A DNA stretch of 64,000 bases from Octopus bimaculoides (lineage: Eukaryota): positions 72,600,546 to 72,664,545 of the forward strand of contig NC_068991.1 of the NCBI RefSeq assembly GCF_001194135.2. Direction: 5' to 3'. Positions 12,205-25,730 of this stretch are shown one piece after another (position 1 is the stretch's first letter; each line of letters opens with the position of its first letter). The notes below the pieces were generated by a model that ran no database searches, had not been told where the DNA came from, and saw only the letters and a program-made list of their open reading frames with translations. The position numbers and the translations under genes were made by a program.

Positions 12205-14124
12205 AACAACAAACAAGATGAGGACAAATATCCGTCAAATGTAAATAATGTAAATAATATTCTTACTCTAGTTTCCAAATATGTGTTAATATGTATTTCT
12301 TTTAAATTCCTGTTCTACCTCATAGATTTAATGTTAGCTTATTTGGTTCATAGGACAACTTAAAACAACCATCAACTTAAGGTATCGTATCATTGCATCT
12401 GCTTGGAATCACCAAGACTTCTCTTAAAAATTCTCATACAATAATATTACGCAAACAGCATCAGAGTGACTTGCTGTCACCTTGCAACCATGAAAATTTC
12501 AGTTCTTTTAATAAATCTCTACAAAGTGTTGCAATCATATCTGGGGTGATGCATTTTCCTAACACAGGTATCCTAGATTACATCCAGAAGAATGTTATCA
12601 ATCAGATTTTTAATTCCCTTTTTAGAAAAAAACAAACAAAAAGACGCAAAAACAAAACAAAACCTCTTCAGTACTGGGTTTATCACTGCACTAACCCTTT
12701 CTTCTTTTACTGACAATTAAATCTACTCCACTATTACACCTGGTACTTAACCTCTCGCCACATATCCTGTATTTCTCTCTTCTTATGATTCATTTTGACC
12801 CCTCCATGCAGTCCTGTTATTCTTCTAATGACCAGCATCCTAACCTGAAGCTGACCTCACTTCTACCCAACAGTAGTGTAACCTCCTACACTTCTTCAAC
12901 CTTCACCTTAATTGTATTACTGTCATTTGCCATGTCTACCCAAGCTGATGAAGGAAGCTCTGTACAGGTATTTGATCTATCAAAAATACCAGACAAGTTT
13001 CCTTCAATATCACATTCCACCATTTTGAAAAAAAATGGCACAAAAAGGGTAATGTATTTCTATAGATATATGTATATATANNNNNNNNNNATATTATATA
13101 TATATATATATGTATGTATACATATATATGTATATGTACATATATATGTGTGTATATGTACATATACACACACACACACACATATATATAATATATATTA
13201 TATATATTTATATAAGCATACAAAATCAGGGTTGGTTTAGTGGCTAAACAATAATACTAATCTGATCTTAGGGGCTCCAACTAGCTATTGCAACATAGCT
13301 TGCTGAAGATCTTAGGATAGAGAACAAGGAAGTAAACACAATTGTTGCTCTGATCTTATTTCACTAATATTAAAATACATCATATTTCACGAACCACTAG
13401 ACAGCTTCTATGTCATTGCTTGTCCTGCTAGGAATGGCAGCTAAAAATCACATCCAGCCAATTTAATATGAAGGACATATGCGTTGGATAATGTAGTTCC
13501 TGGTATACAAAAACATATATAAATAAATAAAAAGTAAAACAAACAGGATGGTCATTGCTGGAATATGTTTTATCAGGACTAACATGGGGCTAATGAAACA
13601 GCATCCCACAACAGGTGTTGCACTTTGCGGATAAGTTACAAAGGTGCGGTTTCTCTAACTAAACTACTAATTTTATTTATTAGCCAGAAATTACACTGAT
13701 GATGGTGATGAGAGAATCTTGGCATGATTGTGTAGTTAAAAGGGTTGTTTTGCCATTATACGCTTCTTGGGCAAGTGTTTTCTGCTGGTATCACCAATTG
13801 ACTAAAAGCTGTGTCATATTTGGCCAGTGGTGAACAATATAGAAGCTTATTATTGAGTAGACATAATATGTCTCCCTGTTTAACACCCTCACCTAGGGCT
13901 TGGTTGCCTTTAGCAAGAGTCCACTCTGTTGTTGACATCCAAGCATGGTCTCCGATCTGAGGATCACTCTTTCGTTTTTTCCCATCAGTTGCAGAGGTTC
14001 TTAAAAAAAAACATCATGGCCACTGCCCTTTTTCCTCCATTAAAATTCCTTTAAAAAAAATGTTTCTTCTTTTAACAAAGATTAAAAAAATTTAACCCAG
14101 CTAAAGATAATATTAGAACAATTG

Positions 14125-14300
14125 TTGGTGGATTGGCGAAATCATTTCAGCCCTTTATATTCTGAGTTCAAATCTTGCCAAAGTCGACTTTCTCTTTCAT
14201 CCTTCAAGGGTTGATAAAATAAAGCACTGGAGCTGTATAATCAAAGATATCCCTCCCACCAAATGTGTGGCCTTGGGACTCAGGTCAGAAATTATTATTT
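14125..14300 (+). mobile_element. Degenerate family A SINE
   Basis: ttctgagttcaaatctt...gtcgactttctctttcatcc...gataaaataaag. Confidence 0.75.
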
Positions 14301-14363
14301 GAGCAAAACATGAAAGGGCAGATAAACTCAGGAGAATCAATAGCCATCCAATAACATTATACA

Positions 14364-14441
<78 letters not shown>

Positions 14442-15092
14442 NNNNNNNNNNNNNNNNNNNNNNNNNNNNNNNNNNNNNNNNNNNNNNNNNNNNNNNNNNN
14501 NNNNNNNNNNNNNNNNNNNNNNNNNNNNNNNNNNNNNNNNNNNNNNNNNNNNNNNNNNNNNNNNNNNNNNNNNNNNNNNNNNNNNNNNNNNNNNNNNNNN
14601 NNNNNNNNNNNNNNNNNNNNNNNNNNNNNNNNNNNNNNNNNNNNNNNNNNNNNNNNNNNNNNNNNNNNNNNNNNNNNNNNNNNNNNNNNNNNNNNNNNNN
14701 NNNNNNNNNNNNNNNNNNNNNNNNNNNNNNNNNNNNNNNNNNNNNNNNNNNNNNNNNNNNNNNNNNNNNNNNNNNNNNNNNNNNNNNNNNNNNNNNNNNN
14801 NNNNNNNNNNNNNNNNNNNNNNNNNNNNNNNNNNNNNNNNNNNNNNNNNNNNNNNNNNNNNNNNNNNNNNNNNNNNNNNNNNNNNNNNNNNNNNNNNNNN
14901 NNNNNNNNNNNNNNNNNNNNNNNNNNNNNNNNNNNNNNNNNNNNNNNNNNNNNNNNNNNNNNNNNNNNNNNNNNNNNNNNNNNNNNNNNNNNNNNNNNNN
15001 NNNNNNNNNNNNNNNNNNNNNNNNNNNNNNNNNNNNNNNNNNNNNNNNNNNNNNNNNNNNNNNNNNNNNNNNNNNNNNNNNNNNNNNNNNNN

Positions 15093-15134
<42 letters not shown>

Positions 15135-16269
15135 AGAAATTTAGAGGAAAATAGATTGCACATTTTCTTACCATATCTAAATTTGGTTGCAATAAGTATC
15201 TTTTAAAGTTCTTATTGATGAAGTGTTTCAAAGCTTTGAGGTGCATCATTAATAAAGACTTATTTACATATATTTTTTAATGCTTCTCTGTTTGCACTCT
15301 AAATTAATATTTCTATTCTATTTAACCAGCTGAAAGAGAATCAGTTTAATTTCTGAATTTTCCTAAATACATTCGTGTGTACAGGCACAACTTAGAGATT
15401 CTTAGGCCTCTGGTGGTTGAAGTTGGCCACAAATCAATCTGCACATGTGTGTTCTGATGCATGGCCAAGGTGTTTTTTGAGAAAGATTAATAGTTGCCCA
15501 TGCATATAAGTCCTCCCTTTTTGACACCATTGAAGTTTACCCAAGAGAAAAGCCACTGATTCGGTTTTAATAGAACTTGGCATCAGTGTTGTTACAGGTG
15601 CTGCTATTAGAATCCAAAGAACCAGAATAGATATCAAAGAACATCATGCTTGAGTCTGTAACAGTTTTTACCAATCCATCACCCTGGATTGGCATTTCTT
15701 TCATTGACCCCTAAAAGGATGAAAGGTAAAGCTGACCTTGGTGGGAGTTGAATTCAAAGCTCAATAATTACCATGAGGCATTCTGTCTAATGCATTCACA
15801 GTTCTGCCAATTGCTTTCGTGGTCAAGAAGTCTACTTCATAACTACACTGTTTTGAGTTCAGTCTCATTGCAAAGCACATTGAGGAAATGCCTCTCTCCT
15901 ATAACATCAAGTTGACCAAAGCTCTGTGAGTAAAATTTGTTGGGTGGAAACTGTGTGGAAGCTCATCAGAGGGACTATTGTTATTCTTGAGTGATAAACG
16001 TAGACCATTGCTTCTTTAACACTCCTGACCTTTTGAATGTCTTTGTCATTTAGACCAGATCTGAACATTACTTCCTTCTTCCTGTTAGGGCCAGAGATCC
16101 TGAAAAAAGGTCTTGAATGTTGGTCTTCTTTTCCTCGGGCCAAGTCACATAAAAAAAAAAAATTATTATTAATCTTTTGCCCTCGTTATCCCATTTATGC
16201 AAATTTTGATGAGCTGGCAGTATTAACCCACACCCCCATCAAATCCATGTAATATATATATACACATAC

Positions 16270-16322
<53 letters not shown>

Positions 16323-16739
16323 CATATACATACCTTTATTTATATATATTATATGTATGTATACATGTAAAGCACATACACATGCATACACATACACAGG
16401 TTCATATAGTTTCTGTCCACCAGCTTCACTCACAAGGCTTTGGTCAGCTTAGGTTATAGGAGAAGATACTTGCCCAAGGTACCATACATTAAGATTGAAC
16501 CCAAAACCACATGCTGCCAAATGAATTTCTCAATCCCACAACCATATCTGCATTTGTTAATATTAATACTACTAACATTTATTAGTATTATATTACTTAA
16601 TAAACAGATGATTAAACAAAAAAAAAACAAATTTAGTTCTTAACACAAAGAGTTCAAAATCCTTCAAAGATTAAGCACTGGAATGGTGTGTTTGTTTATC
16701 ATTCACATGTTATTGATGCTTTATGGGGAAAGGAAGAAA

Positions 16740-17930
16740 GGCCTGGTGGTATTTGTTCCAGCTCTTTATATTCCAAGTTCACATTCCACCAAGGTTGACT
16801 TCATCTTTCATCCCACCGAGGTTGATAAAATAAAGTCCCCAGTCAAATAACAGGGGTCAATGATATCAACCAACACCCTTCCTTCAGAATTCTTGGTCGT
16901 TTGCTTTTGAACCTAAATTTAAAAAAAAAATATTACTTAATTTATTTAAAGGCAGTGTCTGGGAGAAACAGACTGTTGAAAGAAATGCCTGGCAATATTT
17001 GTTCCTGCCCTTTATGTTTTGAGCTCAAATTCTGCCGAGGTCACCTTCATCTCTCATCCCTCCATGATTGATAAAATTTAGTACCAGTGAAGTGCTAGAG
17101 TTGATGGTTTTGACTAGATCCCCCCTCCCCAAGCTCAAAATTGGTGGCGTCGAGCCTAAATTAGCATCACTTCTTTAATTTATTCACTTATTTATTAGAA
17201 ATGGTAGATTTCATCTAGATTCATTTTTATTATCAAAAAGAAACAAAATATTTTGTATTGCGTAAACAATACTTAAGAATGTAGATCGGAAGAATTGCTA
17301 AAGCAACAGACAAAATGCTTTCTGGTATTTTTTCCAGCTCATTATACTGAGGTCAACTTTGTTTTCATCCCACTGGGGGCCAATAAAATAAAGCACCAGT
17401 TCATTACTGGGATTCTTATAATCAATTATTATCCTTCCCCCCCAAATTCCAAGCCTTGTGTCTATATGTTTGAAACAATTATGTGAACAATGCATTCTTA
17501 TAAGTTAATCTTTATTTTTTATTTCTAATGAAAATTTCAATCAATATTCAAAGTAAATTGTCTTCATAAAGTGATAAATTTTATTTGAAACAGTAAAAGA
17601 TCTTACCTCCAAAACTATTTGGAATCAGCCAAAGTTTTAGTTTGTTCCTTTATTTTTCATGGACTTTCATGCGATTGTTATCATTTCTAGTTGTTTCTTA
17701 CAGATGATATGATTAACCCAGTAAGGGCTGTGGATTGGCAGAATGTTAGTGCCGGACAAAATACCATACAGCATGTGTTTTGGTTCTTTACCTTCTGAGT
17801 TCAAATCTCGCTCAGGTTAACTTTACCTGGGTTTCACAAAATAAAGTACCAGTCACACACTGGAATCATTTTAATCAACTAACTGCAACCTCCAAATTCC
17901 AGGCCCTTGTGCACATGTTAGCAACAATTA
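16740..17930 (+). mobile_element. Cluster of four degenerate, same-orientation family A SINEs
   Basis: Repeated gagttcaaat / ggttgacttt..ctttcatcc / ataaaataaagtaccag motifs near 16770, 17020, 17350 and 17795; CpGs largely mutated. Confidence 0.75.
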
Positions 17931-18143
17931 CTCAGTGATGCACATCATGGTTCATGTGGACCACTAGCTGTCCATACCAAAATTTTGGTGGCCCACAGTG
18001 AGTTTTATGTCCTGCTGTTTCATTGCATAATATGACTAAAATTAAATTTATTTTTGGTGGCCCATCAAGTTTTCTTCATTAATTTTTTTAGTGGCCAACC
18101 TTCTGTAAAAAGTTTCTTACACTATAAATGACCTATGGCCAAT

Positions 18144-18350
18144 CAGGGCCTGTAAGAAAAGGTGGGAAGATCAGCTGGGACCTTAGTCTGGGACCAAAAG
18201 AGCCTAAGAAACGGCTTCAAGACAATCTGTCAGGCATCAGGTACCCTAAAAAAAAAAATTCTTTTTGATAATTCTACCCACCCATGAATTTGAGGCCCCT
18301 GAAAGCTCTTTTGCTCCCCCTTGCCAACCCAATTTCTCTTAGAGGCCCTG
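18144..18350. mobile_element. MITE-like element with CAGGGCC termini
   Basis: TIR cagggcctgtaagaa / ttctcttagaggccctg; no clear TSD. Confidence 0.5.
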
Positions 18351-18743
18351 GTGGCAGTGATCTCAAAGACAAAATATTCTTCTGAACCATGGTGTTGCTG
18401 CGTGCTGCATATATTATTTAATGATTTAAAGCAGTGATTTTTTAAAAAACTTTAATTGTAGTTTCTTATTAATGAATAAATACCTCAGTCCAGTCTAAAT
18501 TAACACAATCAATCAATATCTCTTTAAACTGAGTATCATATATAAAAAAAAAGAAGAAAAAAACTGAAGAGACTTAATTAATAAATGCAAGACAATATTT
18601 CACATAAATTATTAAAAATGAAATGTTTAACCAAACTGCCATTTTTTTTGTTGTTGTTGATAAATGTCTCTTGAGCTTTTCCAAATCCATTCCATAATCC
18701 CCATTTGCAGTGTCAACAGCAATTCATTAGATTTAATACATAC

Positions 18744-18839
18744 CTGTCATCTTTTTCATAGATAGACGACATAATCCTGCAATATGATCTGTAGGTTTAC
18801 ACCACATAGCCACCATCAGAGGTGGTAGGTACTTAATAC
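18744..18839 (-). CDS. Exon of an unidentified protein, repeat unit B
   Basis: cttaacatttag| ... ACAG|gtatgt; 96 nt, phase 1-1; only open frame (x)IKYLPPLMVAMWCKPTDHIAGLCRLSMKKMT; motif shared with 27818-27921. Confidence 0.6.
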
Positions 18840-19625
18840 CTAAATGTTAAGACCACATACAACCAACAAGAAATATACAGGTACATTAGATATTAATAGA
18901 ATAATGCCTTTAGCCCAACTATGGTAGCAGTGCTTGGTTTGTTTCTCCTGTGTGAATTTTAGCCAGCAAAAAGTAAAGATAGAAGTAACTTCAAATGCCC
19001 CAAGCAATTATTTCAATTTTTATTTAAAACATGATGCTTCAAAACACTGTCAGAGATTAAAAAAAAAGAGAGAAAGAAGAAAAGAAAAGTAGAAAGGCAA
19101 GATAAAATTGTATATATGCATATATGTTTGTAACTAGTTGCTTGCATTTACTATACATACATACATATATATATACACATACATACATATAGACATATAT
19201 ACACAGTTATATACACACATATATACATACACACACACACACACATAATGTACATATATATATTAATAAATCTCAGGGTAGCAAAGAAATTTAGAAATTC
19301 TTTTTGCTACCAGTGGTCTAGTGAGAAGAAAAAACTAGTCAATAGACTATATATTATTCATATAAATACATACAGTGTACATTTAAACACAAAAGAGATG
19401 TCCATAATAGGACATCTAACCCGCTAGAAGGTGTTTAAATGTGCACTGTATGTATTTATATATATATATATATATATGTATGTCTGTGTGTGTATGTAAC
19501 AGTACAATTATTTCAGTATCTTGTATCTGTTTGAAACAAAAGAGATACATCAATGTATTAAAACAATTCTATTGTCAACCATTACCTAGTTAATAAAAGG
19601 CATCAATTGTTTGTGTGTGTGTGTA

Positions 19626-19675
<50 letters not shown>

Positions 19676-20299
19676 TCATTTATTATTTAGTATCCATTGT
19701 CCATGGTGGCACGGATGGGCCAAATGGTTTAACAGGACCCTGGTGACCTGCTGGCTGCATTAAGCGCCACTGTCTGCTTTGGCATGTTTTCCATGGCTGG
19801 ATGCCCTTCCTAATGCCAACCACTTTACAGAGTGTACTGGATCCTTATTTTTCCTTTGTGGCACCAGCACTAGTGAGGTCGCTAGATACCTTACAAGAGA
19901 ATGAAGTACAAAAGTCAGAAAAGGAAAAAGTACCTTCAACTAAATGGGGAAACAGGAATATCAATGAAGTGAAAAACAGGGAGGTGGTGTATGCCTGGTG
20001 TATGCCAGGTGTATATACACAGGAACACACTTGTTTGCAAAGAAATTCAAGTATAGTGAATTCCATAAATTTATTGAATGGTAGAAGCATCATAGAATTG
20101 TTAACTTTATTGTGTATCATCATCTTCATCATTATCCTCACTATCATTACTGTTTTACATTTGATTTACTATGCTGGCATGGGTTGGATTGATTTTCCAA
20201 GGCAGTGTTTTATGACTGGATGCCTTTCCTGTTGCAAACCCTTCAATTGCCACTTATGACATGTACAGGAATGTGTATGTAGAGAAATAAACCAGGTTG

Positions 20300-20338
<39 letters not shown>

Positions 20339-20424
20339 TAAGGGCTCATTCTCAGTCAGAAGTTACATACAGCTCTGTACACATATGTGTAATTTATATA
20401 GGGAGAACTTATAGCTCAGGTTTA

Positions 20425-20720
20425 GAAATGACTGTGTGGTTAAGAAACTCTCCTCACAACCATGTGGTTTCAGGTTCAGTCCTACTGCACTACACAATGG
20501 ACAAGTGTCTTCTCTTATTGTCCTGGTCTGACCAATGCTTTGTGCGTGTATTTGGTAGATGTAAGCTATGTGGAAGCCCTATGGTATATATATATATATG
20601 TATGTGTGTTTGTCCTTGACACCTGGTGTTGCTTTGTTTATGTTCTTGCAACTTTAGTGACTGGTAAAATTATTACCAGACTTAAAAGAATAATTATTGG
20701 CTTTAATTTGTTCAATTAAA
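20425..20720 (+). mobile_element. Degenerate family B SINE
   Basis: atgactgtgtggttaagaa...ggttcagtcctactg...ggacaagtgtcttct. Confidence 0.75.
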
Positions 20721-20831
20721 ACCCTTTGGTGGTTAAGACAAGTAAAAGATAAAAGATGTAGGGCTGAATTAGCTGTTAAGGTTTTCAATGTACAGTGATT
20801 TTAGCCATCATCAACTCCCAGACCCTGCCCT

Positions 20832-21043
20832 AATCTTTTCTACTAAAGGCACATAGTCTGAAATTTTGGGGGAGGGGTTAAGTCAATTACATCGACCCAG
20901 TACGCAACTGGTACTTAATTTATCGACCCCAAAAGAATGAAAGGCAAAGTTGACCTCGGCGGAATTTGAACTCAGAACATAGTGAAGGACGAAATACTGC
21001 TAAGCATTTCGTCCAGTGTGCTAATGATTCTGCCAGCTCACCG
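20832..21043 (-). mobile_element. Family A SINE
   Basis: Reverse complement of ggtgagctggcagaatcattagcac...gagttcaaattccgccgagg. Confidence 0.9.
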
Positions 21044-21128
21044 TCTTAGACCCTGCCCTACCATTCCAGAATATTGGCCTTCTGGAATTCCTTTACTGAT
21101 TGTACTTTTCCTGCAGATGTTCACTTAC

Positions 21129-21190
21129 AAAGGTTCAACAGAAAAATTAAGGGCATCGACTGATGGTCAGACTTAGCATTTTGTGGACAA
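21129..21190 (-). CDS. Candidate internal exon (phase 2-1)
   Basis: tcatttccag| ... |gtaagtg (consensus donor); open frame CPQNAKSDHQSMPLIFLLNL bridges the phases of 27818-27921 and 18744-18839. Confidence 0.35.
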
Positions 21191-21304
21191 CTGGAAATGA
21201 CCGACATTGTTTGAATGATAGTACTGTGATGGTGCTGGACTCTATCTGCTCCTCTGTGCTCCTTGTTGACTCCAAGTTATTCAATTATGTATATATATAT
21301 ATAT

Positions 21305-21635
21305 AAAAATAATATTAGGGACAAAATCCAAAATTACAGGTAAAAACTCAATTAAAATCAATTTATAAAAAATTAAAATTAAATTGAGCCTTATAGATAA
21401 AATATATAGTTTTAGGGAAAATAACCAAGTTTCAAGAACTCATCGATGAAAATTCACTATCACATATAGAAAAATTAATAATTAAAAGCACAATAAATGA
21501 GTATAATATAAAGTAAAGTAAATATCATAAGATAAATATAATAAAAAGATTACACGTGTTTCATAACTAATTTTCTATATGTGATAGTGGATTTTCATCG
21601 ATGAGTTCTTGAAACTTGGTTATTTTCCCTAAAAC

Positions 21636-21642
<7 letters not shown>
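21305..21642. mobile_element. AT-rich repeat with internal ~75-bp inverted arms, flanked by (TA)n
   Basis: Arms 21403-21478 and 21566-21642 are reverse complements; a second copy lies at 55157-55400. Confidence 0.7.
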
Positions 21643-21673
<31 letters not shown>

Positions 21674-21955
21674 CACACACATACATATACATACATATAT
21701 AAACATATACAAATACACACACACACATGTATATATAAAAATATGTTTGGTATGTGCAACTGGGACAGTATTTTATTTAAAAAAGCCATCTATGTATCAT
21801 ACTTAATGTATACACACAATCAATAGACTAGTTACTGCAATATTTATCCTGATATACCTCTCGTAGGTTTGCTGTGTTAAAATAACAATCAATATCAGAG
21901 AGAAAAATTCATCCCAACATCAGCCTCAGCAGCATTTCAGCTGTTTTGAGCCTTT

Positions 21956-22001
21956 TCAGTGTCGTGTGCTTGCATCCAACTCTGACAAGAATTCATCATC
22001 T
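21956..22001 (-). CDS. Candidate alternative terminal exon (phase 2)
   Basis: ctttttcctatatcag| then DDEFLSELDASTRH*; phase matches the end of 27818-27921. Confidence 0.25.
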
Positions 22002-23249
22002 CTGATATAGGAAAAAGTAAATAAAACATTCACTGATTTTGCAAATAGCTGCCAGGCTGATTAAAAATCTGGTATATGCAATTGAAGCTGTATTTAATTA
22101 AAAAGCCATCTGTCTATTATACTTAGTGTATATGTCTTTCATGGACTAGCTGTGTTAAAAGCAATAGCTATCAGAGACATGAAAAGTGGTGAGCAAGCCT
22201 GCCAGTCCCTTCGTGTTCCTTCCTGTCATTAACAGTGATCACCATCTGTTACCCAAGAGGTTTTATTTTCTAGTGTCAGTTGGTAGCATTTGAACTTAGA
22301 ATGTACAGAGCTTAAAGATATACCACAAGACTACAAGGTATTTCCTTTGACATTCTAACATTCTACCGATCTGGGAGTATTTTTATTCTGACTAATATTT
22401 TATTTAGCAATCATGAAAACTTGAAAGGCAAGGCTGACCTATGTCAGATTTGAATTTAAAGCACAAAGAGTTCACACAGTTAATTGAACAACTGAAACTG
22501 AGATTTATTTACTTTATGCATCTGTGCGTGTGTGCATGCCTGTCTCTAGGCATCATCATCATCACCCTTTTACGTCCTGTTTCCGTGCTGGCATGGGTTG
22601 GACATTTCATGATTGCCTGACTCATTTCTTATTTGGAGTTATTAACTTTCCTAAAGGGGTCAGAAGGCCCCATCTTATTCACATGTTTCATGGTTTCATG
22701 ATTGTTTTACAGCTTGGTTCCCATCTTAACACCAAACATTTTACCTGAATGGCAGCAAATCGTTTGACTAAGGACTAAGTGACTTGGATAGCATAAACAA
22801 ATAACAACCAATCACAATATTAATTTGTACCATTCCTACCAGCAAATTGATGGCTGGGAACCAGGTCCATTCTTATGAGAGGGTTATGGACAGATACCAA
22901 ATTCCTCATAAGAAATTTTTGCTGCCACATTGACTCAAATCCACCACAATGGTTTCTAAAAACTGAACCAGATGTCTCTGAGGTGTGACAAATGATTACA
23001 AAAGATGAATTATAAAGATTTGTTTTCTTTAATTTTGTATATAACAGTTGTAATGTCAGGACCCCCCCCCCCAAAAAAAAAACTAAGTATTACGAAAAGT
23101 AAGCCCAAGACACATTACATCTGGGTAATCAAAACAAGAAGGTCACAGTATTCAATCAAGTGTTTGCTCACTCAGGGTTTATCTGGAGTTAAACAATTAC
23201 TGTACCTCTTGCTAATTAAACACTAATTACCAAATCTATTAATTGCCAT

Positions 23250-23630
23250 CTAATCATACTGACTATTATGAAGCTGGTTGTTGCTTAGTTACACTGCTGC
23301 CAAGTTAGTTGTCCCCAAGCTGGTTTTCACCCAGTTATACTCCCTGATGCCAAACAAGTTGTTACTTATCTGGCCATCACCTAGCTGTATTGTCACTAAG
23401 CAAGCTGTCATCTGTTTCTACTGTCACCAAGCTGATTGTCACCATATTATACTATCACCATCATTGATGTGACATAGTTATATTGTCTCATATCAAGTTA
23501 GTAGTCATTGTTCAGTTTTTACTGTTACCAAGCTGCTGACCGTATGGTACCTATGTATAGAGTCATCATGCTGTTTACAACCCACTTATGACTGTCTGAT
23601 ACTAAACTGGTTGTCATCCAGTAATACTGA
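23250..23630. repeat. Highly degenerate minisatellite (gttgtcaccaagct-like units)
   Basis: Recurrent ccaagctg / gttgtca / tatact motifs; related tract at 24085-24190. Confidence 0.55.
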
Positions 23631-24186
23631 CTTGTTTTGTCTTTAATCAGGAAGGCAGGGAAATACCAACGCCTTGTCACAGGCATTTTGAGACTGGCAG
23701 GAGGGAAGAATTCCTCAAACCAGAAACATAACCAAAATGCTTGCAACAGAGTGGACTCTGCTAAAGGCTCTCAAGGTACCAGGTGATGGCATAAACTGAG
23801 CAATGGATTAAATCTCTCACCCAAGTAGGACATGGTGGGATTTGAGCTCAGAACATAAAGACCCAGAAAAATCACCAACAGGTATCCTGCCTGATGCTTT
23901 AAGATTTACAGCAATCCATTGCTTGCCACCAGCACTTAATTTATCGATCCCAGAAGGATGAAAGGCAAAGCTGACTTTAGCAGGATTTGAACTCAGAACA
24001 CCAGTGCTAGAATAAATTCTACAATGGGTTTTTTTTTCTGGTGTTGTATTGACTCTGCCAAGTTTTTAGAACAATGGGCAAAGCACCTGTTACCAAGCTA
24101 GTCATATTGTTACCAGTAATACTGTCAATCAACTGCTAGTTGCATACTTGTCCTGACTGATCCCCTTTTATCCATCATAGAGTTGC

Positions 24187-24218
<32 letters not shown>

Positions 24219-24286
24219 ACTATACCATATATATATATATATTTATATGTGTATTTGTATATATATATATACATATACGCACACAT

Positions 24287-24318
<32 letters not shown>

Positions 24319-24404
24319 ATGTAAACACATACACACATATATCATCATCATCATCATCATTATCATTCTATACTTTCCATGCTGGCATGGGTTGGATAGG
24401 TGAT

Positions 24405-24628
24405 TTCTTATTTCTTTATTGCACACAAGGGGCTAAACATAGAGGGGACAAACAAGTACAGACAAACGGATCAAGTCGATTACATCGACCCCAGTGTGTA
24501 ACCGGTACTTATTTAATCGACCCCGAAAGGATCAAAGGCAAAGTCGACCTCGGCGGTGTTTGAACTCAGAATGTAGCAGCAGACAAAATACCGCTAAGCA
24601 TTTCGCCTGGCGTGCTAACGTTTCTGCC
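24405..24628 (-). mobile_element. Young family A SINE
   Basis: Near-complete match to the 62226-62457 copy. Confidence 0.92.
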
Positions 24629-25327
24629 TGTTCTGGATAGGTGATTTCTGTTCTCTGAGATGTGTTAGGGAACCATACTTCACTTATAAGTTTCATTTTG
24701 GGCTTTATTTCTATAGTAGGATGCCCTTGCTAACCTTATTCCCTTTACAGAGTGTTTGGCATGCGTCTTCTTGTGGCCCGGGACCTGAGAGATTGCTGTG
24801 TTTTCAGCGTGACTGAAGTGTCCTCACAACTCTAGTCTTTGCAGAATGAACAAGAAGCATTTTATTGTCTTCTACACTAGAGAGCACAGAAGTAAGAGAA
24901 TGATATCCATATATAATTAGTGTGTGTTATTAAGTGACATAAAGATACAGCCCTTTACCTTCGTGAAGAGAAAGAAAGAAGAAAAGAAAAAAGAGAGAAC
25001 TAGAAAATATTCATTGATATTTATGTGTGGAGAAAACCAAAGCGATAAGATGAATAAATATGTAATTTTTATATGGAACTGGCAATATTATAAATATTAT
25101 TATTATCATTATTATTATTATTGTTATAAATTTGTATCTACATCAGCTCTTAGTATTATTTACCAAATTATCCAAACAAGGAGCTTTTTGAGAATCTGAA
25201 TGTTGTTTGTAAGATTGGAATAAATTCAACAAAGATACAAAGTAAATATTTGGAGAATTACCAAAATATTTCTGTTAGGAGTTTGTTGTGTATGATATGA
25301 TGCTATGTATGTATGTATGTATGTACA

Positions 25328-25389
<62 letters not shown>

Positions 25390-25730
25390 GAGAGAGAGAG
25401 AGAGAGAGATAGAGAGGGTGAGAGAGAGAAAAATATATATATACAGGGAAAGATACATATAGATATATATACAGAGAGAGAGAGAAAGAGAAACACACAC
25501 ACATACTCACACGCATTCATATATGCATGTATATTTCACATATATATTTAACTATATACAGGTGTGCATGTGTGTGAGTTTATATGTGTGTATATTTGTA
25601 TATATGTGTATGCACATATATATATATATATATACATATATATATCTATATATATATTTGCATACATACAAATATAGTGTATTGTTTGTTTGTTGGCAGG
25701 ATAAACAAAAAAGTAATCAATCCAGTGAGA

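Larger units (their letters stand above)
12047..12258. mobile_element. Palindromic Penelope-like (pseudo-LTR-derived) element
   Basis: About 95-bp inverted arms (attatttacattatttacatttgacgg ... ccgtcaaatgtaaataatgtaaataat) around a short spacer; each arm holds a CTGATGA...GAAA core. Confidence 0.75.

Noticed and set aside
12785-13050. 151-aa ORF and a CTGATGA at about 12944
   Set aside because: No recognisable domain, the ORF runs into microsatellite, and no stem II/GAAA follows the CTGATGA
15907-16143. Minus-strand ORF with a good acceptor near 16101 (28-nt phase 1-2 or 2-0 options)
   Set aside because: Several frames and donors are equally plausible; no independent support
21780-22170. 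Diverged local duplication aaaagccatc...gctgtgttaaaa as paired snoRNAs
   Set aside because: No C/D or H/ACA boxes; one copy lacks 40 bp; looks like an ordinary local duplication
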